47,716 nucleotides of DNA from a virus, in IMG/VR virus record IMGVR_UViG_3300016476_001127, positions 1-47,716 of that record; one strand, given 5' to 3'. A program made the translations under genes and the position numbers. The stretch's first letter is position 1. The number at the start of each line of letters is the position of its first letter. The notes under the pieces were generated by a model. That model made no database searches. It worked only from the letters and a program-made list of their open reading frames with translations, and had not been told where the DNA came from. Shown here piece after piece: positions 29,928 through 39,126 of the stretch.

Positions 29928-32187
29928 TGACCGAGAACGGCTTTCCTGCCGTGCTGCGGAAGTTCAGCTGACAGGCAATGCCCCGGCCCCGGAGCTTCAC
30001 GCGCCTGCGGAGCGTGTCGCGGTAGGCCCTTGTGACATAGACCTCCTGCTCGGAGGACCACTCGCCAGAGGCCGAGTTGTTGGCGTAGTCCCACTTCGCC
30101 CGGAGCTTCAGGCTCGAGTCTGCGGCGACATTGCAGAAGACGTTGATGTAGTTCCCGAACTGCTGCCGCATGCCCTCGCCCGGGACCCGGAAGCCTGTGG
30201 CGAAGAAGCTCGAGTAGTCGAGGCCCACCGAGGGCGTCTCCCAGTCGACATAGGCCGTATCCCGGACCTCCGAGAAGGTTGCCGTGTAGGTCGAGCCCGA
30301 GGTCAGCTTCGTCGTGTAGTACTTCACCTTCGAGGCGGCAGAGCCGACGTAAGGGGTGACGATGACGCCATTCACGTTCGGGTAGCTCGTACCCCCGGTG
30401 CCGATCGACCACGGGTAGAAGGCCCCGGTGAGGAGGTTGAGGCAGAGCACCCTGTCGTAGGCGAAGGCGCCATCCACCGTCGTCGAGGAGGTGCTGCGGT
30501 AGAGCCAGTAGACGGTCTTGGCGAGAGGGTCGTAGGTCCCCTTCGCATTCGACTTCGCATTCGTCGGCAGGACGTTGAACCAGCTCTTAATGGATTTGTC
30601 CGAGATCGCGATGACACCCTCGTTGGAGAGGGTGTAGATGCCGTCGGTGTTCCAGAAGATCGGAGCCCCGTCAGCAACGACGAAAGATAAGGGCGAGACG
30701 GCAGGGACATTCGAGATCTTGCGGACGGAGTAGTCGTTCGCCCTAAAGCCGATGCCCTCGGAACCGGAGATCGACCAGACGCCGTTGGTGGCGAACAGGA
30801 TGAGGTCGTTGCCGACCGGGATCATCTTCACGATGTTGCCGATCTCGGGGATGGAGATCACGCCACCATCGGAGGGCAGGAGGTCGGAGAGCTCTTCGGC
30901 AGTCGGGTCGTTGACCTGGTGGCAGCGGCCAAAGTCGGAGTCCTGCTCGATAATCTTCGAGAAGTAGATCTTGTCGTTGAACTTCGCGGTATTCGTCCCG
31001 GCATAGAAGACCCGGCCCGCGAAGAAGGCGATCGCCGAGGGACGTACCGTGCCTGCCGAGATCCACGCCTCGGTGGCGTTGCCGAGGCAGCAGTAGAAGT
31101 CGTCATCCTCGTTGGCCGTCGCAGCTGCCGTCGTGCCCGAGATCGGGATCACGAAGGTCGTGTTCGCCGTCGAGGAGCCGACCGAGCTGATGGTGAAGGT
31201 GCCGTTGAAGCGGGCGACAGACGCCCCCTCGATGGTGACGGTCGAACCGGAGACGAATGGGACACTCTCGGAGAGCGTCACGGTGGCGCTTGAGGACCCG
31301 GAGCCCTGGACGATCGAGCTGACCTTGCTCTCGCCCTTCCGCTGGTTGAAGGCGCGGAGGATGTAGTGGCCCTTCGGGGCGGGGGTGTTGTCGGGAACAC
31401 GGCCACGCTTGCGGACGGAGGGGATCGAGAAGTAGTTGTCGGCATCGCGGAACGACCACCAGACATCGGCATTGCTCGGATAGCCGCCGATCTCGGAGTT
31501 GTTCCGCCAGGCCTCCCAGTTCTCGAAGGGGACCGCTCCCTTGATCGCACCGGAGCTGTCACCGGTGTACATCGTCTGGTAGCCGGCATACCAGCCCTGG
31601 TTCCAGAGATTATATTTGTGCTGGGCCGTCAGGCTCGAGGGACGGAGGTTGAAGGGGATGTCCTCCTCGATGCCGATCAAGTCACGAACCCAGACATTGA
31701 TGACGCCGGTCGTGAAGCTGCTGCCGTTCCAGGAGACGTAGAAGGGCTCACAAGCGGCATTCGCCACGAAGAGGTAGCCGTAGCCTGAGGAGAAGGAGCA
31801 GTGCTTGTTGGAGGCCGTGCCACCGGCAACGGTGAAGGAGGACAGGCTCACCGTCCCGGACTTCCGCTGTCCCGACAGTGCGCCTGAGCTCGTAATCTCG
31901 TAGAAGTGCAGCGTGTCGCCAACCTGGACGACGACAAAGTTCAAGTTGCCATTGCCACCCACCGACTCCCAGAGATACTCGGTGATGGCGGAACTCGAGC
32001 GGGTGACGCTCGTCGTCGAGTTCGAAGATTCGTAATCGAAGCCGAGGCGGCGGCTGACCACACCCTTCTGGTCGAAGACGCAGTTCAGGGTGTCGGTGCA
32101 GCCGTCCTTCGGGAAATTGAGCCCCGTCGCCTCTGAGATGAGACCGCGAATGAAGCCATTCTCGACAGTGACCTGGGACTCAGCCAT
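29887..32187 (-). CDS. Tail tube/nozzle protein (T7 gp12-like by position and size)
   Basis: 766-aa beta-rich ORF after the adaptor-like gene and before the internal-core genes. Assignment is positional only. Confidence 0.5.
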   Translation of the reverse strand: MAESQVTVENGFIRGLISEATGLNFPKDGCTDTLNCVFDQKGVVSRRLGFDYESSNSTTSVTRSSSAITEYLWESVGGNGNLNFVVVQVGDTLHFYEITSSGALSGQRKSGTVSLSSFTVAGGTASNKHCSFSSGYGYLFVANAACEPFYVSWNGSSFTTGVINVWVRDLIGIEEDIPFNLRPSSLTAQHKYNLWNQGWYAGYQTMYTGDSSGAIKGAVPFENWEAWRNNSEIGGYPSNADVWWSFRDADNYFSIPSVRKRGRVPDNTPAPKGHYILRAFNQRKGESKVSSIVQGSGSSSATVTLSESVPFVSGSTVTIEGASVARFNGTFTISSVGSSTANTTFVIPISGTTAAATANEDDDFYCCLGNATEAWISAGTVRPSAIAFFAGRVFYAGTNTAKFNDKIYFSKIIEQDSDFGRCHQVNDPTAEELSDLLPSDGGVISIPEIGNIVKMIPVGNDLILFATNGVWSISGSEGIGFRANDYSVRKISNVPAVSPLSFVVADGAPIFWNTDGIYTLSNEGVIAISDKSIKSWFNVLPTNAKSNAKGTYDPLAKTVYWLYRSTSSTTVDGAFAYDRVLCLNLLTGAFYPWSIGTGGTSYPNVNGVIVTPYVGSAASKVKYYTTKLTSGSTYTATFSEVRDTAYVDWETPSVGLDYSSFFATGFRVPGEGMRQQFGNYINVFCNVAADSSLKLRAKWDYANNSASGEWSSEQEVYVTRAYRDTLRRRVKLRGRGIACQLNFRSTAGKPFSVIGWSMLETVNPGP

Positions 32188-32193
32188 GTTTCG

Positions 32194-32472
32194 TTAGTTC
32201 GCCTTCTTGCGTTCGAGTACGGGGATGACGGGCTTCGGCGGGGCTTCATCGAGGGCGACCTTGCCGCGCTCCTCCATGTACCGCTTGACATCGACCATGG
32301 CCGCCTCCCAGGTCGTGTACTTCGCGTCTTTGAGGTTGTCGGGGAGGCTTCCCCGCTCGAGGGACAGTTCGATGAAGCCGTAGGGGTCGGTGCGCTTCAG
32401 AAAGATCTTATTCGTGTCGATCTGGATTACCTTCGTCCGGGGGTCATCCCGGCTGGGGTCGAATTCGTTCAA
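32194..32472 (-). CDS. Hypothetical protein (92 aa)
   Basis: TTG 32472 directly follows the stop of the upstream gene, with GGAAGGAAA upstream. The longer track ORF (to 32547) would overlap that gene. Confidence 0.5.
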   Translation of the reverse strand: MNEFDPSRDDPRTKVIQIDTNKIFLKRTDPYGFIELSLERGSLPDNLKDAKYTTWEAAMVDVKRYMEERGKVALDEAPPKPVIPVLERKKAN

Positions 32473-32474
32473 GG

Positions 32475-33230
32475 CTATTTCCTTCCGTAACCGATGTAGG
32501 TTGTGGTTTTGTCGATGTTCTTCTTCGTGCGCTGGGCCTGGATCCATCCGCGCCTGGCACGCTTCTCGGCCTTCGGGTTCGCCGCCTGCTTCAGTTCGAT
32601 CGAGGCCTGGGCCTTCGCTTCGTTTAAGAGCAGCGTGAACTGGCGGGCATCGAGATCGGGGGTAAAACCATCGCTCGCCGTCCAGCTCGGGATCGAGAGC
32701 CCGAAACCCTGGGTCTTCGTCTTCTGCAGGAACGAGTCCTCGGCAGCGTCGTAGGCGTCGAAGAGGATGGTGTTGTCGTCGTAGGACGTATAGTATTTCG
32801 GGTGACGGTCGTTGTAGTAGTTCAGCACCAAGCTATCGGAGCCGAAGGTCGTGACGTTGCAAGTCTCGACATCCGCGTCCGAGGGGTTGAGCGCGTAGCT
32901 CATCTCCAGGAAGGTCTTGAGGTCGACATAGGCGACCGGCAGGAACTGGTGGTGCGGATCGTCAGCCGTATAGTAGTCGTACTTCAGCCACTCGATGTCG
33001 GTGATGTCTGAAGGTTTCGTCATCACGACGGGGGTCGACATGCCCGAGGCCGTGAGCTCGAAGAGCGTCTTGTGCTCCGGGAGGTCGAGGCTCGAGACGA
33101 TGTCGTAGTAGCTGTTCTTTAAGATGGTCGCGATCTGGCTGGACTCGACAGTATCGCTAATCGAGTTGACCTCATCGCCATCGAGGGACGACAAGATCAT
33201 CTGTGTCATTTCTAGAAGCGTGTATTTCAC
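32475..33230 (-). CDS. Head-to-tail adaptor / tail tubular protein A-like (putative)
   Basis: 251 aa. The N-terminal MKYTLLEMTQMILSSLDGDEVNSISDTVESSQIATILKNSYYDIV resembles podovirus adaptor-type proteins as I recall them. Position is upstream of the nozzle-like gene. Confidence 0.45.
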   Translation of the reverse strand: MKYTLLEMTQMILSSLDGDEVNSISDTVESSQIATILKNSYYDIVSSLDLPEHKTLFELTASGMSTPVVMTKPSDITDIEWLKYDYYTADDPHHQFLPVAYVDLKTFLEMSYALNPSDADVETCNVTTFGSDSLVLNYYNDRHPKYYTSYDDNTILFDAYDAAEDSFLQKTKTQGFGLSIPSWTASDGFTPDLDARQFTLLLNEAKAQASIELKQAANPKAEKRARRGWIQAQRTKKNIDKTTTYIGYGRK

Positions 33231-33451
33231 GGAACGATCTCTTTCTTGACTTGAATCCAGGCCTTTGGAATGGCCAGCCTGCGGTTTGATTCAGGATCGC
33301 TCCAGTCACCCGCGATAACGATGTCCCGCTTCGTTGTCCTGATGAGGAAGCCCACCGAGCGGATGATGTGGGACTCGAGGTCATGGGCTGCGTCCCAGCC
33401 GTCGTCGGTGGTGGCGTCAGCCCATTCGATGTAGAGAAGCTTCTTTTTCAC
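33227..33451 (-). CDS. Hypothetical protein (74 aa)
   Basis: GTG 33451 with a GTGA overlap on the upstream stop. The N-terminal part of the track ORF (to 33565) is off-frame overlap. Confidence 0.5.
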   Translation of the reverse strand: MKKKLLYIEWADATTDDGWDAAHDLESHIIRSVGFLIRTTKRDIVIAGDWSDPESNRRLAIPKAWIQVKKEIVP

Positions 33452-33699
33452 TTTCCCGATACCCGCTCGCGTTTCCGGATTGGATCCCACTGCCCGCCCC
33501 GGCGCTCGACAGCCTGTCTTCGCTTCCGGGTCTCGGGGTCTTCCTGCCGTGCGACGTAGGCCCACACGACAGGACCGGCGAGTTTCCCGAGGTCGGTGGC
33601 AAGGCGGATCCAGAACTGGGGATCGTGAATGACCTTCCAGATCACGCCACCGACGAGAAGGATGAGACCGAGGACGATGACGACCCCGATCCAGTCCAT
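33448..33699 (-). CDS. Membrane-anchored lysis-accessory protein (spanin- or antiholin-like)
   Basis: N-terminal TM segment IGVVIVLGLILLVGGVIW and a highly charged C-terminus. TAATG junction with the holin-like gene. Confidence 0.45.
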   Translation of the reverse strand: MDWIGVVIVLGLILLVGGVIWKVIHDPQFWIRLATDLGKLAGPVVWAYVARQEDPETRKRRQAVERRGGQWDPIRKRERVSGK

Positions 33700-33881
33700 T
33701 ACTTAGGAGCCATGACCGTGTTGATACCGCTGCGGATCGTCATGCCGAGAGCAGCCGTCACGATGCCCTGGGCCGCCGTGGCGATGTCGATGTCGCCCAT
33801 GAGGTAGCCAGCAAGGAAGCCGGCGATCGAGAGAGCGCCGACGATGTAGGTCTTGTAGCCTTTCAGAAGTCCAGAACCCAT
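33699..33881 (-). CDS. Holin-like protein (60 aa, two TM segments)
   Basis: YIVGALSIAGFLAGYLMG and AAQGIVTAALGMTI hydrophobic segments. Immediately downstream of the endolysin. Confidence 0.6.
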   Translation of the reverse strand: MGSGLLKGYKTYIVGALSIAGFLAGYLMGDIDIATAAQGIVTAALGMTIRSGINTVMAPK

Positions 33882-33901
33882 TTCAGTATCCTTTCTTGAA
33901 A

Positions 33902-34282
33902 TCAGGGGAGTTCAAAATGCGGGCCGTCCTTGAAGCTCTTCCAGTCCCCGCCCCAGATGATGCGGATCCCGAGCTTCCTGGCTGCGGCTTTCACGTTGTC
34001 GGCCATCGGGTAGAACGGAGACCATGAGCGCGTTTCCACCTTCCCGTTGACGATGGGGACGATGTCGACGGCCTTGCCGACCTGGTGCTTGCTCTTCTTC
34101 TTCACGCCGTCGAGCATCGAGGCTCCACGGGCGAAGTATTTTTGCTGGGTTGCCGTCGAGCGCAGGCCCTCGAGGACACGGAAAGGTGTCTTCGCCGTCC
34201 TCGCGGCCTCCTTGATGACCCTGACGAGGTCAGGATGGACGCCCTCCAGCTTCTTCAAATCATTTTCAGTCAGCTTAAACAA
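33902..34282 (-). CDS. Endolysin, peptidase M15 (VanY / L-Ala-D-Glu peptidase-like)
   Basis: SKHQVGKAVDIVP (H-x-x-G-x-A-x-D) and GGDWKSFKDGPHFEL (D-x-x-H) zinc-ligand motifs. Confidence 0.8.
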   Translation of the reverse strand: MFKLTENDLKKLEGVHPDLVRVIKEAARTAKTPFRVLEGLRSTATQQKYFARGASMLDGVKKKSKHQVGKAVDIVPIVNGKVETRSWSPFYPMADNVKAAARKLGIRIIWGGDWKSFKDGPHFELP

Positions 34283-34291
34283 ATCTGCCTC

Positions 34292-35077
34292 TTAGTAAGT
34301 CGTCGTGATCCAGGACGTACCGTTCCAGTATTTGACCGGCTTCTCGACCCAGCTTGAGCCGTTCCAGACTTTCACTGGCTTGGCGACCCATGCAGAGCCG
34401 TTCCAGACCTTGATCTTGCCGGTCGAGGACGCTCCAGCAGGACGCAGGGCCACCGTTGCCGTGCAGGAGCTGTTGAGGGTGCTGGTCGCGGAGTGGTCCC
34501 AGGCCGAAGGGGATTCCAGCCCAGCCGTGGCTTTCAGCTTGTAGCCGACGCCGATCCGGCCATATCCGGAAAGGCCACCCGTCTCGACAGTGTAACCGGA
34601 CGGGGCCGCAGTCAAAGAATTAAAGTCTCCCGTCCCGTAGGCCGAGAGGACCATGGCGTTGGCCGTCACCGTCGTGATCGACGGGCTCAGGCCATCCGCA
34701 CTGTCGATCCGGGTATTCGTCGTTGTCGTTGCATCCAGCGGCGTCGTCGTGTTGACACCCCGGAAGACGTAGACAAGCCATTGTAGCTTCGTAAGCCCGC
34801 TCGAGATCGAGACCGACGTATCGGGTGTCGATCCCATGATCTTGTAGAAGACGCCGAGATTCGAGTCCAACCCGTCATTGGCGTAGAGATCAGCGTTGAC
34901 CGTGTAGCCGCTCGGCTTGTAGGTCGAGAAATCGACGTCCGAGTTCATCGCGGCACTCAGGAAGACGAGGACGATGTCATTCTGGGCAGGGCTTGCCCCG
35001 ATGCCGTCGTACAGGGACGTCAGGTCGACGCTGTTGACCCCGTAGTCATAGGCCCAGCCGACGAGCTCGATCGCCAT
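34292..35077 (-). CDS. Second tail fiber / receptor-binding protein with C-terminal WNGS repeats
   Basis: KVWNGSAWVAKPV / KVWNGSSWVEKPV / KYWNGTSWITT tandem repeats at the C-terminus. Follows the main fiber gene with a 1-nt overlap. Confidence 0.55.
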   Translation of the reverse strand: MAIELVGWAYDYGVNSVDLTSLYDGIGASPAQNDIVLVFLSAAMNSDVDFSTYKPSGYTVNADLYANDGLDSNLGVFYKIMGSTPDTSVSISSGLTKLQWLVYVFRGVNTTTPLDATTTTNTRIDSADGLSPSITTVTANAMVLSAYGTGDFNSLTAAPSGYTVETGGLSGYGRIGVGYKLKATAGLESPSAWDHSATSTLNSSCTATVALRPAGASSTGKIKVWNGSAWVAKPVKVWNGSSWVEKPVKYWNGTSWITTTY

Positions 35078-37272
35078 CAGTTCGTATCCACCCAGAGGTC
35101 ATTCGTCGAAGGCGACGAAGGAGCCGTCGTGCCGACCGAGATGTTCCGTGTCGCTGCGGTGCCAAGACCCAGCGTGGTGCGCTGGGCGGCTGCGTCCGTG
35201 TCATCGAGAAGGGCCCGTCCTGCCGCCGTACAGGTGATCTCCTCGACGTCACCAGCTCCTGCCGTGACACGGCCCAGGATCTTGTCGGTCGCCGAGACGT
35301 TCTGCAGCTTGGCATAGGTCACCGCGTCATTCGCGATGTTCGACGTCCCGACCGAGGACTCCGTGGCAAGGGCTCCGAGGCCCAGCGTCGTCCGCTGGTC
35401 GGCGGCATTGGCATCATCAATGAGGGCACGGCCCGCAGCCGTCAGGCCGGTCACCGAGGCAGCGCCAGAGCCGGTGAAGTAGGGCACCGTATCGGCTGCA
35501 CTCGTCACCGAGGCGAGCGCTGTCAGGTCACTGTCGAGGGGCTGGGCGTCGGTGATGCCATAACCCGAGATCGTCGTCGGCTTGGAGCTGACCCCCGACC
35601 ATGGGACGACATCGGCATTCACCGCATTCGTCACCTTGCCATCGTCGTTAGGATCATAGGTCGACTTCAGCATGTCGCCGGAACCGGAACCCGAGGCACC
35701 GGTATTCCCCGTCCGGAAGAACGAGAAATAGAGGCTGTCGGAATTGCTCGGGATCGTGCCCGCGATGTAGGAGACGGGAACCGAGCGGTAGCCGGATTCA
35801 TCGACGACGGCACCGGTGACCTGGAAGAGGCCGATCGTCCCGGAGAGGCCGACACGGTAGAACAGCGTGCCACGGTTGGCAGAGGTCGTCGAGTCGTCGA
35901 AGCTGTCGAGCCAGGGCGTGACCGAGTTTGCATCCGCGTCCGAGTTGTCGATATAGATCGCGGTGACCGAGCCGATGGTCGCGTTGTTAAAGCGGATCTT
36001 GCCCGCCCCGGGATCAGCCTTCGTGGTGACACTGTCGAAGGTGTACTTCACCCCAGCCGGGATGCCGTTCGTTCCGGCAGCACCGGTCGAGCCCGTGGCT
36101 CCCGCTGGTCCCGCCAGATTGCCCGAGGAGCTCCAGGTCGACGTATCGGTCTTCTCGTAGATGTCACCCGTCGCGACATTGAGGTAGAGGTCGCCTACGG
36201 TGCCCGTGCCTCCGGAGGGAACGCCCGAGCCGGTGATCCAGGTCTTGCCGTCAGCGCCATCGGCACCGGTGGGGCCGGTGCTTCCGGTTGCCCCCGCAGG
36301 CCCTGTGGCCCCGGTCGGTCCAGTGGCCCCTGTGGGCCCCGTGGCACCCGTAGCGCCCTTGATGTTGCCGACGACCGAGTATGTGCCCCCGGACTTGTAG
36401 TAGAGGTCCCAGCTCGTCGTGTTGATGTGGTAGTCGCCATTGTTGCCGGTGGCATTCGAGGGGGCGCTGCTCGAGTTGCGGATGACCGCCCCGTCAGCCC
36501 CGGCACTCCCGGCAGGGCCCGCAGGCCCGGTCGGTCCCGCAGGACCCTGGATCGCCCCGACATTCTCCCAGGCCGTGCCGTTCCAGACCCAGAGATTGCC
36601 AGAAATCAAGTAGGCGTCCCCGAGGGAGCCTGAGCCGGGGAGAAGGCCGCTGTTGGCGAGCTTGCCGAGGATCTTCACGCCAGAGCCGTCCTGGCCGTCA
36701 GAACCCTTGATATTGAGAATGGCCGAGCCCCAGGAGCCCGACACCTTCGTGTAGACGTTACCGGTCGCCGTATCAATGAAGTAGTCGCCGTTGTTACCGG
36801 AGGCATTGCTCGGGGCACTCGTTCCGTAGAGCCACATCGCGCCGATGACTTGCCAGCCGGTGGTCGTGTAGACGCTCATCCGGTTGGTGACGGTGTTGTA
36901 GTACAGGGCACCCGTCGCGAGGGCATTGCCGCTGTTGTCGAGGCTGGGATCGGACGACTTCGCCCCGAGGAAGCGGGTGTCGAAGTCCGTATAGATCGCA
37001 AGCGTATCGGTGTAGACGTCGGTCACGGTGGAGACCAGGGCGTCGAATTCGTTCTTGCGGACAGGCTCCGTCGCAGCCACCGCTGCCGGGAGGTTCTGGA
37101 TCCGGTAGGAATTCATGTCGAGGTCGGCCTCCAGGCTGTTGGGGCTGGTGCCGTCCCGCGAAAGAAGATCGTCGATAGCGTCCGAGATCGTCTGCATGTT
37201 GCTGTTGATCGTCGCAACGGCAGAAGACTCGTTCGACAGATTCGACAGGTTAGACAGAGTGATCTTGGACAC
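35077..37272 (-). CDS. Tail fiber with collagen-like repeats
   Basis: Fiber-type N-terminus (LSRDGTSPNSLEADLDMNSYRIQNLP). Three G-X-Y tracts. Three GNNGDY.I.T..G..Y.K-type repeats. Duplicated C-terminal AAGRAL(I/L)DD..AA.QRTTLGLG modules. Confidence 0.8.
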   Translation of the reverse strand: MSKITLSNLSNLSNESSAVATINSNMQTISDAIDDLLSRDGTSPNSLEADLDMNSYRIQNLPAAVAATEPVRKNEFDALVSTVTDVYTDTLAIYTDFDTRFLGAKSSDPSLDNSGNALATGALYYNTVTNRMSVYTTTGWQVIGAMWLYGTSAPSNASGNNGDYFIDTATGNVYTKVSGSWGSAILNIKGSDGQDGSGVKILGKLANSGLLPGSGSLGDAYLISGNLWVWNGTAWENVGAIQGPAGPTGPAGPAGSAGADGAVIRNSSSAPSNATGNNGDYHINTTSWDLYYKSGGTYSVVGNIKGATGATGPTGATGPTGATGPAGATGSTGPTGADGADGKTWITGSGVPSGGTGTVGDLYLNVATGDIYEKTDTSTWSSSGNLAGPAGATGSTGAAGTNGIPAGVKYTFDSVTTKADPGAGKIRFNNATIGSVTAIYIDNSDADANSVTPWLDSFDDSTTSANRGTLFYRVGLSGTIGLFQVTGAVVDESGYRSVPVSYIAGTIPSNSDSLYFSFFRTGNTGASGSGSGDMLKSTYDPNDDGKVTNAVNADVVPWSGVSSKPTTISGYGITDAQPLDSDLTALASVTSAADTVPYFTGSGAASVTGLTAAGRALIDDANAADQRTTLGLGALATESSVGTSNIANDAVTYAKLQNVSATDKILGRVTAGAGDVEEITCTAAGRALLDDTDAAAQRTTLGLGTAATRNISVGTTAPSSPSTNDLWVDTN
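36064..36546 (-). repeat. Collagen-like G-X-Y coding repeats within the fiber gene
   Basis: aa 243..261 GPAGPTGPAGPAGSAGADG, aa 306..342 GATGATGPTGATGPTGATGPAGATGSTGPTGADGADG and aa 388..403 GPAGATGSTGAAGTNG. Confidence 0.85.
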
Positions 37273-37284
37273 TATCGACGCACC

Positions 37285-37518
37285 TTAGTTAAGTGAGATG
37301 TGATTTTTGATGTAATCAAGGCCGTAGATGAAGCCTGAGGAAAGAATTGCGAATGCACCTGAGACCCAGGCAATCCGCTGCAAAATCTGCTGTTTAAAGG
37401 ATTCGAGATCCTTCACACGCTTCTCGAGGTCTTTGTCACGAATGTGCGCCTCGATGTGTTTAACGGACTCTTCGATACGGGCCAGTCGGCCAGCCGTTTC
37501 CAATTGCCATTGTTCCAT
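37285..37518 (-). CDS. Coiled-coil protein with C-terminal TM segment (77 aa)
   Basis: LARIEESVKHIEAHIRDKDLEKRVKDLESFKQQILQ followed by IAWVSGAFAILSSGFIYGL. Confidence 0.55.
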   Translation of the reverse strand: MEQWQLETAGRLARIEESVKHIEAHIRDKDLEKRVKDLESFKQQILQRIAWVSGAFAILSSGFIYGLDYIKNHISLN

Positions 37519-37522
37519 TCGC

Positions 37523-37571
37523 CAACCTCCAAGAGGGAGGGACCCAGCCTAAGCTGAGTCCCCAGAGGTTG
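37523..37571 (-). terminator. Extended stem-loop filling the gap after the capsid-module genes
   Basis: Outer arms CAACCTC/GAGGTTG (37523..37529 / 37565..37571) and inner arms GGGAC/GTCCC plus CAGC/GCTG (4 bp, after one C/A mismatch). No U-run. Could be an attenuator or an RNase III-type site. Confidence 0.4.
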
Positions 37572-37572
37572 A

Positions 37573-38109
37573 TTACGGGAAGAGGTAGCGGATCCGGACG
37601 CGGATACGGCCAGCCGTGTGCGGGTGGGTGGCATGCGCGGTATTCGCGAACACGAGCACACCATTTTCCGCCAGCGTCGTACCGAGCAGCGCACCAGCGC
37701 CAGTCGAACCGACGCGCACCACCGTCTTCGTACCCACCGTGGCAAGGCCGAGGGCCGTGCCGGTAGCCGAGGCAGTCGTCAGGCCGTCGTGATCAAGCTC
37801 AGTCGACCGGTCGGAAGCCTTCTTGAGGCCAACCGAGAAGGTCGAGGAACCGATCGTGCCCGAGGAGGTAAAGGCGGTTTCGACAACCGTCTCGATCTCC
37901 TCGATGCGGGCACCCTTCGGCAGCACGACACCGAAGGAGTCGGTGGAGTGCGGCAGCGAAGGCGTGGCGCTGTCGAAGTCGGTGTAGGGAAGAACGACCT
38001 CGACCTCCTGCAGCGGGCCGTCCTTGCTGTACTGGCCGCCAACGGCGACTTCGGCCTCATCCGAACCGTAGCGGATGTAGAGGCCGTCAGAGTTAGTCCA
38101 AGTACCCAT
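37573..38109 (-). CDS. Putative capsid decoration / minor capsid protein (178 aa)
   Basis: Beta-rich ORF immediately downstream of the major capsid gene. Assignment is positional only. Confidence 0.4.
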   Translation of the reverse strand: MGTWTNSDGLYIRYGSDEAEVAVGGQYSKDGPLQEVEVVLPYTDFDSATPSLPHSTDSFGVVLPKGARIEEIETVVETAFTSSGTIGSSTFSVGLKKASDRSTELDHDGLTTASATGTALGLATVGTKTVVRVGSTGAGALLGTTLAENGVLVFANTAHATHPHTAGRIRVRIRYLFP

Positions 38110-38149
38110 AGTGATAATCTCCTATATTTCTAATTGGATCTGATCAGGA

Positions 38150-39103
38150 TTAGACCTGGTCGGTATCCGTGAGGACGACCACCATGTTTTCCGGACGGAA
38201 CAGCTTGAAGCCGTAACGGCAAGTCGTGACGTACTCCTCGCGCTGGAAGTCCTTGTTGTAGTCGGAGTCGACCTTCGGGGCCTGGCGGATGGAGCCGACG
38301 AAGGGAAGGACATCCGGGGCAGCCGAGAAGAACAGGTTGGCGACACCGGTCGTCACCGAGACGCTGTTGACGGTCTCGGCGATGCCCGACTTCAGGTTCT
38401 GCGAGACGTAGACGTCGAAGCCGTAGACGTTCGTGATGAACTTCATGCCGGTCGAGATGCCCGAGGACACGATGCCTTCCCAGCGCGGGTTGTACTGCAT
38501 CGCGGTCGAGGAACCCGTCAGGGTGGACAGGGTGTACTCGACGGAGGGATCGACGATGGCGACGAGGTTCGTCATCGGCACGTTCGCCTTCTGCAGGGCG
38601 TAGCGGGCCTTGGCGAAGTCGGTCAGCGAGATGACCTCGTTGGTGCCGGAACCCACCCAGCGGTGGTTCGCACCGTTGATGGTGTTGAGGTTCGACGCCG
38701 TCTGACCATCCGGACCGAGGGTCATGATGTCGATTTCCATCGCCTTCGAGATCGCACGGGCCTGCTTCGGCACGAACGAGGAGACGAGGCGGGACATGTA
38801 GAACGAGTCCTGCTTCATCTTCTCGGTGATGTACGTCGCCGAGGACTTGTACTTGTTGATCGTGAAGGTGAAGTTACCGGTGTCCATCCCGGTGTACTTG
38901 ATGCCCTGGCCTTCGGCGTAATCCAGGACTTCAGCCTGGCCGATGGACGGGATGTTCAGCGTGTCGCCGTCGGGGAAGTCCGTGATCATGTCGACGTACT
39001 TCGTGCCCATCAGCTCATCAAGGAGGACTTCCTTGACCTGGTTCGACCACAGGTTCGCACGAACGAGGTGGTCGCTGTGAGTAGCGTAACTAATACCGCT
39101 CAT
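38150..39103 (-). CDS. Major capsid protein
   Basis: 317 aa, follows a scaffold-like gene. Strong GGAG-type RBS and strongly biased codon usage. Its composition and size are consistent with an HK97-fold capsid protein. Confidence 0.75.
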   Translation of the reverse strand: MSGISYATHSDHLVRANLWSNQVKEVLLDELMGTKYVDMITDFPDGDTLNIPSIGQAEVLDYAEGQGIKYTGMDTGNFTFTINKYKSSATYITEKMKQDSFYMSRLVSSFVPKQARAISKAMEIDIMTLGPDGQTASNLNTINGANHRWVGSGTNEVISLTDFAKARYALQKANVPMTNLVAIVDPSVEYTLSTLTGSSTAMQYNPRWEGIVSSGISTGMKFITNVYGFDVYVSQNLKSGIAETVNSVSVTTGVANLFFSAAPDVLPFVGSIRQAPKVDSDYNKDFQREEYVTTCRYGFKLFRPENMVVVLTDTDQV

Positions 39104-39126
39104 TTGGGTTTATTCCTTAAATCGGA

